Source: a virus
Strand: one strand, 5' to 3'
Length of the DNA stretch: 64,000 nt
Virus record (IMG/VR): IMGVR_UViG_3300032236_001304
Location: 24,443 to 88,442 of that record
Under the pieces are notes generated by a model that saw nothing but the letters and a program-made list of their open reading frames with translations, was not told the DNA's origin and searched no databases. Position 1 is the stretch's first letter; each line of letters begins with the position of its first letter. This document shows, in pieces, positions 59,099 through 64,000 of the stretch. Position numbers and translations under genes: made by a program.

Positions 59099-62000
59099 AT
59101 GGAATTAGCTAATTTTATTGTAAATGAATTATTAAACGATACCAAATTTGATATTGTTGATAAATTATTGTCCGAAGAAGGACTAAATGGTATAAAGGAA
59201 GAAAATCCAGATTATAGACCTGATGCAATAGATTATGATAATATATTGAGTCATGAATTTTCTGACCCTTCTACTGGTAGAAAATTTACAATTAGACAAG
59301 GTTTACATTTAGACCCTACGGATTTTGCACACCAAGAAGCAAGAAGAATATTCAAAGTATTAGCAGCAAAGAATCATATACAAGCACCTGGTAACATTGG
59401 AACAGGACAACAATCACCAAAATCGGATAAAAAAAATCAACTTAATTTATCATTAGGTGTAGCATATGGTGAGGGTATAGATTTAGATGAAACTAGTGCA
59501 AGAGGTAGTGGGTACGATGAAAAAACGTTAGATAAATTAATTAAAAATCCGGATACCGGAGAAATGATTAAAGTTCGTTCAGCATTAAATTATCCAAAAG
59601 ATAACGGTGCATATAAAGCAGCAATGTCTTTAGTTAGGAAAGTAAATGCAAAATCTCCACATAAAAAGGCAGGTGGTCAAAAACATCCAGTTGATATAAA
59701 AAAAGATCCAGCATCAAGAGCACATACACAAGGTAATCCTCCACAAAAACAACAACCACCAAACGCAAGTGAACCAATTAGTATAGCAAAAAGATTTGGT
59801 GCTGCAACTCAAGATGGTTCAAATACACAAAACGGAACACATAGTACAAATAAAACACAAAAACCATTAGAAAAACCATTAAGTTCTCCTAATGATATTG
59901 ATAGACCGGTTGAACCAAAAGAACCAACTAAAGGAATCCAACCAACAAAAAGTACAACTGATGCAAATAATGATGGTAATGGTAAAGTTAATACAACTGC
60001 AAATCAAAATCCAAAAATAACAAGTAGAAACATTAAACATAATATAGGTAAATGGTCGCCGGCAGAACAAAGATTATTTAAAACAGGACAACATAGGGCA
60101 GATTCTCCATTAAGAACTCATATAGGACAAACTATTAATCAAACAATGGATAAAATCATTCCATCGGTAAAAGATGAAATGCAACATTTTGGACATACTT
60201 ATGAATTTGCAGGTGAAGGATTAGCATCTTTATTTGATGGAAAACCGGTTAATGAAAAACAAAAAGATTCAATTAAAAAATTAGCACAAATACTTTCAGT
60301 TAATGCAATTAAATCTATTGATAATAAAAATACAAATAGTAAAGCATTAATGCAACATCTTGGTAAACATTTAGCAGCCAATATGGCAGATGTAATGGTA
60401 ACCGATGGAATAGGAAAAGTAATACAAAATTCAGGAAATGAATTAGATGGTAATAATGATAAATTTATAGAATGGTTTGGATTGTTATTTGCACAACAAA
60501 TGAAAGATGGTAAAATACCATTAGATGTTTGGGATAGTGCAATACAAGATTATAATAGAGATAAAGAAGATGGTAAATTAGATGGTGATACAAACTCTGT
60601 TCAGAATGAAATCATAAGTGAATATAGTGATAGTAGTGATATAGGATTGGGTATGAGTTTTGGTGATTATGATGCTAATATGGGAAACTATGTTGGTGGA
60701 AATATGACAGTATCGGATATTTCAGCAAATGCAAATAGTGCGAATTCTACAACTGGAACAGAACATAACGGAACTTGGGATCAATTTGATAACCAAAATT
60801 ATTATACTGATAAATTACCAGGATGGCAAGTAATTGGACATTTAAGTAATACTTTACCTGATGAAGTTAAACAAAGAGTATTGCCTATATTCAATCACGG
60901 TGGTGAAGAAAACGGACCAGCTGCACACACAATACAAAAAATAGTTGCACCGAATTTAATTAAATATGAAAGTTTTGAAAGAACAGATAAAGATTTAATT
61001 ATGGAAGGTGGGGCAGCAGGGCATTTGGCACATCCATTTGAAGATGAAGATTTGACCTTTGGTGATATGAAAGAAATGATTAAACGAGGTCTTATTGGTG
61101 GATTAGATAAAGAAGCACCGGTTACTGAAAAATTAGATGGACAAAACATTGCATTTAGTGTTAGAGATGGTAAAGTAGTATTTGGTAGAAACAAAGGACA
61201 TGTTAGAGATAGTGGTAAGAACGCATTAGATACTAAAGGAATATATAATCAATTCAAAGGTAGGGGTGGTATTGAAAAAGCATTCGTAGGTGCATCGGAA
61301 GATTTACAAGCAGCAGTTAAAAAACTGTCACCAACACAAATTAAAAAAATGTTTGGTAATGGTTCTAAATTTATGAGTTTGGAAATTATACTTCCTGAAA
61401 CTCAAAATGTAATACCATATGGAAAAACTGTATTGGTAATGCATGGAACAATTGAATATAATAAAGAAGGTGAAGCAATTGGACGTTCTACTGAAGATGC
61501 CGATGAATTTGCAAGGGCAGTTCAAAAAGTAGGTGCAGATAGACAAAAAACATTTGGTATTGAAGGACCTAAAACAATTGCATTTAGTGATGATAATAAA
61601 AAATATGCAGATAAATTAAAACAATATAATTCGGAATTAGATAAAGCAGCAAAAGAATTTAAATTAAATGATAAATCTAAATTAGAAGATTATCGTAGAG
61701 CATGGTTTGCAAACGAATTAGATAATCAAGGTATTAAATTTACAGCAGCAGAAAAGAAAGGTTTAATAGATAGATTTGCCGACGGTAATAAATCATTTGG
61801 TAGTAAATCTTTTACAGATGATACAAAAAAAGAATGGTTCAAAAATTATGAATCTACTAAATTGGTTAAAGCACAAAAACAAATGATTAAACCAATTGAA
61901 AATGTGTTCTTAAATGCTGGGGCAGATTCATTAAAAAGAGTAACAAACTTTTTATCAGCAAACAGTCCAAGAGCAGCTAATGCACTTAGAAAAGAAACAT

Positions 62001-63061
62001 TAGATTCTATTAAGGGTATTAAAGATAGTAAAGATGTAGATAAAATTGCAAAATTACAAGTTGAATTAGAAAGATTACATAATATTGGAATGGATAAAGT
62101 AGTTCCATCGGAAGGTGTTGTGTTTCAATATAATGGTAAACCTTACAAATTTACAGGAGCATTTGCACCTATAAATCAAATCAACGGAACATTCAAATTT
62201 GATAAACCTAAAAAGGGTGATGTTAAAAAAGATGATAGTGTGGCAGAAATACCAAAGGTTAATAAGAAAGAAGTGGCAATCTTTACTGGTAGATTCCAAC
62301 CATTCCACGCCGGTCATTATAGTATTTATAAAGCATTGGTTGATAAGTTTGGTAAAGATAATGTTTATATAGCATCATCAAATACACAAGACCCGGTTAA
62401 ATCTCCATTTCCATTCAAAGATAAAAAAGAAATAATGCATACTATGTTTGATATACCTACTAATAAAATAGTTAAGGTAAAAAATCCATATGCACCAAAT
62501 GAAATATTAGAAAAATTACCAAAAGATACTCCATATGTAACTGCGGTATCACAAAAAGATGCAGAAAGATTAGAAGGAAGTGGTAAATATTTTAAAAACT
62601 ATGATAAAGTTGATGCTAATAAAAGAAAAGGATATGAGGATGAGGGGTATTATATTGTAGCACCTGAAATGCAATTAAAAGTAAATGGTAAAAATATTAG
62701 TGGAACTCAATTAAGAGCAACATTTGGTGACCCTAAACTTAGTTTAGCAGATAAGAAAAAAATATTTACACAAATTTACCCTAAGTTTGATAAAGATGTG
62801 TTTGCTAGAATTGTAGTAACAACTAAAAATGCAGAAAAAGCCAAAGGGGATAACACAAAATTAAAAACAACTGAACCACAAAAATCTAAAGTAAATACAG
62901 ATATTAAGAACAATAAAAAAGTTCAAAAAGTATTACAACAAAAAATTAAAAATCCAGAAACTGGTAGAATGATTTTAGTTAAAACTGCTTTAGGGTATGA
63001 AAAGGGTGTTAAAGTTAGAAGAAGTGCAATGCAGTTAGTAAAAAATGCAATGAGTAAATAA
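59099..63061 (+). CDS. Multidomain protein: low-complexity N-terminus, ligase-like KxDG domain and HxGH nucleotidyltransferase
   Basis: GGAAGHLAHPFED...VTEKLDGQN (61127)...SEGVVF...YKFTG (ligase-type motifs); FTGRFQPFHAGH (62288) and ISGTQLR (cytidylyl/NMN-adenylyltransferase fold); TATTTATA at 59088-59095. Confidence 0.75.
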   Translation: MELANFIVNELLNDTKFDIVDKLLSEEGLNGIKEENPDYRPDAIDYDNILSHEFSDPSTGRKFTIRQGLHLDPTDFAHQEARRIFKVLAAKNHIQAPGNIGTGQQSPKSDKKNQLNLSLGVAYGEGIDLDETSARGSGYDEKTLDKLIKNPDTGEMIKVRSALNYPKDNGAYKAAMSLVRKVNAKSPHKKAGGQKHPVDIKKDPASRAHTQGNPPQKQQPPNASEPISIAKRFGAATQDGSNTQNGTHSTNKTQKPLEKPLSSPNDIDRPVEPKEPTKGIQPTKSTTDANNDGNGKVNTTANQNPKITSRNIKHNIGKWSPAEQRLFKTGQHRADSPLRTHIGQTINQTMDKIIPSVKDEMQHFGHTYEFAGEGLASLFDGKPVNEKQKDSIKKLAQILSVNAIKSIDNKNTNSKALMQHLGKHLAANMADVMVTDGIGKVIQNSGNELDGNNDKFIEWFGLLFAQQMKDGKIPLDVWDSAIQDYNRDKEDGKLDGDTNSVQNEIISEYSDSSDIGLGMSFGDYDANMGNYVGGNMTVSDISANANSANSTTGTEHNGTWDQFDNQNYYTDKLPGWQVIGHLSNTLPDEVKQRVLPIFNHGGEENGPAAHTIQKIVAPNLIKYESFERTDKDLIMEGGAAGHLAHPFEDEDLTFGDMKEMIKRGLIGGLDKEAPVTEKLDGQNIAFSVRDGKVVFGRNKGHVRDSGKNALDTKGIYNQFKGRGGIEKAFVGASEDLQAAVKKLSPTQIKKMFGNGSKFMSLEIILPETQNVIPYGKTVLVMHGTIEYNKEGEAIGRSTEDADEFARAVQKVGADRQKTFGIEGPKTIAFSDDNKKYADKLKQYNSELDKAAKEFKLNDKSKLEDYRRAWFANELDNQGIKFTAAEKKGLIDRFADGNKSFGSKSFTDDTKKEWFKNYESTKLVKAQKQMIKPIENVFLNAGADSLKRVTNFLSANSPRAANALRKETLDSIKGIKDSKDVDKIAKLQVELERLHNIGMDKVVPSEGVVFQYNGKPYKFTGAFAPINQINGTFKFDKPKKGDVKKDDSVAEIPKVNKKEVAIFTGRFQPFHAGHYSIYKALVDKFGKDNVYIASSNTQDPVKSPFPFKDKKEIMHTMFDIPTNKIVKVKNPYAPNEILEKLPKDTPYVTAVSQKDAERLEGSGKYFKNYDKVDANKRKGYEDEGYYIVAPEMQLKVNGKNISGTQLRATFGDPKLSLADKKKIFTQIYPKFDKDVFARIVVTTKNAEKAKGDNTKLKTTEPQKSKVNTDIKNNKKVQKVLQQKIKNPETGRMILVKTALGYEKGVKVRRSAMQLVKNAMSK

Positions 63062-63105
63062 TTCGTTAGGATAAAAAAATATATATTTATATATAAAGTT
63101 ACAAT

Positions 63106-63768
63106 ATGATTATAAAGAGTAAAGGTAATAAAGATAAGAAACCCTGGATACACCCAAGTCGTAAAAAGATATTAGATACTATGAAAGGTATTGATAGTGG
63201 AAACGCTACATTGGGTTGGGAAGCAAAAAAAGTTAAGAGAGAAGTTGGTGATAGATGGACAGATGCAGATGGTAAAGAATGGGAACAACATGATGGATTT
63301 GTAATGAGAGTTACCCAATATGATGAAGCTAGAGCTTATTTAGATAAACTTAATACTTGTAAATCAAAAGAGTGTAAAACATTTAAAATTACTCCGGCTC
63401 ACAAAAAAATAATAAAAAAGACTGGTTATTGTATAGACTGTTTAGTAGAAAGAGAAGCTAAAATGAGAGAAGCAGGTTTATATCAAAACTATGAATTTTG
63501 GAAATTAAACTCAAATACATTAGGTCAAATGCAAGAAGACTTAAAACAATTTGAACAGGCTAGAAAAGATGCAGATACCATTCCTTCATTTGTAAATGCA
63601 GATGGTAGTATTGAAAGATGGAGTTTTGATGGTGATATGGAAAAAGTAAAAAAAGATTTAGAATCAGATATAGAAGGTCTAAAAGAATTAATAATCAAAT
63701 TTCAAACCGCAGTAGATGAGGATTGGAATATAATAAAGGAGAAATATAATGAAATTTTCAACAATTAA
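63106..63768 (+). CDS. Hypothetical phage protein with a putative zinc-binding motif
   Basis: GDRWTDADGKEWEQ, then CKSKEC...GYCIDC and a coiled-coil C-terminus; TATTTATA at 63084-63091. Confidence 0.65.
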   Translation: MIIKSKGNKDKKPWIHPSRKKILDTMKGIDSGNATLGWEAKKVKREVGDRWTDADGKEWEQHDGFVMRVTQYDEARAYLDKLNTCKSKECKTFKITPAHKKIIKKTGYCIDCLVEREAKMREAGLYQNYEFWKLNSNTLGQMQEDLKQFEQARKDADTIPSFVNADGSIERWSFDGDMEKVKKDLESDIEGLKELIIKFQTAVDEDWNIIKEKYNEIFNN

Positions 63769-64000
63769 GAACATAGTATTAGTAGCATTAATTGCATTAT
63801 TTTTATACCAATTAAAAGGTGGTAAGATTAATATTGGTAAAACAATTATGGTTGCAGGAAAACCATATGAAGTTATCAAAGAAATACATGATACAACGGA
63901 AGTAACAAAAACAAAAGTAGTTACAAAGAAAGGTGCAGATATTGTACATGAAACAATTAAAGAAGTACAAATTCCAGCAGTAGTAGATACGACAGCATTG
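63749..64000 (+). CDS. Membrane-anchored protein, 3'-truncated by window edge
   Basis: Manual translation MKFSTIKNIVLVALIALFLYQLKGGKINIGKTIMVAGKPYEVIKEIHDTTEVTKTKVV... is open to the window end; N-terminal TM or signal segment. Confidence 0.65.
   Translation, partial: MKFSTIKNIVLVALIALFLYQLKGGKINIGKTIMVAGKPYEVIKEIHDTTEVTKTKVVTKKGADIVHETIKEVQIPAVVDTTAL

Noticed and set aside
3184-63091. T4-type TATAAATA late promoters driving minus-strand transcription
   Set aside because: The motif reads TATAAATA on the minus strand, but no credible minus-strand genes exist and the boxes sit just upstream of + strand starts. Antisense transcription cannot be excluded without RNA data.
1865-63879. All minus-strand ORFs in the six-frame track (60-128 aa)
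   Set aside because: Each lies antisense to a longer + strand gene with recognisable motifs or tight operon packing, and none shows a motif; treated as shadow ORFs.
1-64000. CRISPR array, tRNA, rRNA or structured ncRNA
   Set aside because: Intergenic gaps are nearly all under about 100 nt, and I saw no repeat-spacer periodicity or cloverleaf. A tRNAscan/Infernal run would be needed to exclude them formally.
1-64000. Stop-codon reassignment, as in some Bacteroidota jumbo and crAss-like phages
   Set aside because: Genes are full length and tightly packed under the standard code; TAG (755) and TGA (1476) appear to act as real stops next to downstream starts.

Overview
Very AT-rich, densely coding window with every credible gene on the + strand. 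It reads as part of a large contractile-tailed (myovirus-like, probably jumbo) phage genome, not a cellular chromosome. Left to right: (1) peptide deformylase, a T4 gp55-like late sigma factor and a NodU/CmcH-type carbamoyltransferase (1-3.2 kb); (2) a baseplate/tail module with gp5-like, gp25/gpW-like, gp6/gpJ-like, gpI-like and tail-collar-like proteins (3.6-20.3 kb); (3) a T7-type endonuclease I, a primase and a single-ORF Mre11-Rad50 (SbcD-SbcC, gp47-gp46) fusion (21.3-25.9 kb); (4) a 2OG-Fe(II) oxygenase and a Ser/Ala-rich repetitive tail fibre (25.9-30.6 kb); (5) a ~28 kb, 27-gene glycan synthesis and tailoring island with three GT7 glycosyltransferases carrying inserted LamG domains, three twitch-type radical SAM enzymes, six SGNH-like proteins, four GT10-like proteins, NDP-sugar enzymes and a split TPP-dependent enzyme (30.6-58.9 kb); (6) an unannotated 39-aa ORF, a 1320-aa ligase-like/nucleotidyltransferase multidomain protein and two further genes (59-64 kb). 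Two promoter classes are visible: a recurring TATTTATA box before genes (candidate late promoter) and Bacteroidota-type TTTG-N20-TAnnTTT(G/A) promoters, which point to a Bacteroidota host. The best candidate for an undescribed system is phage-encoded virion glycosylation: the glycan island, plus an apparent enrichment of (S/T)-(G/A/S/Q)-S tripeptides in the virion proteins. All product calls come from motifs recognised by eye; no database searches or computations were run.
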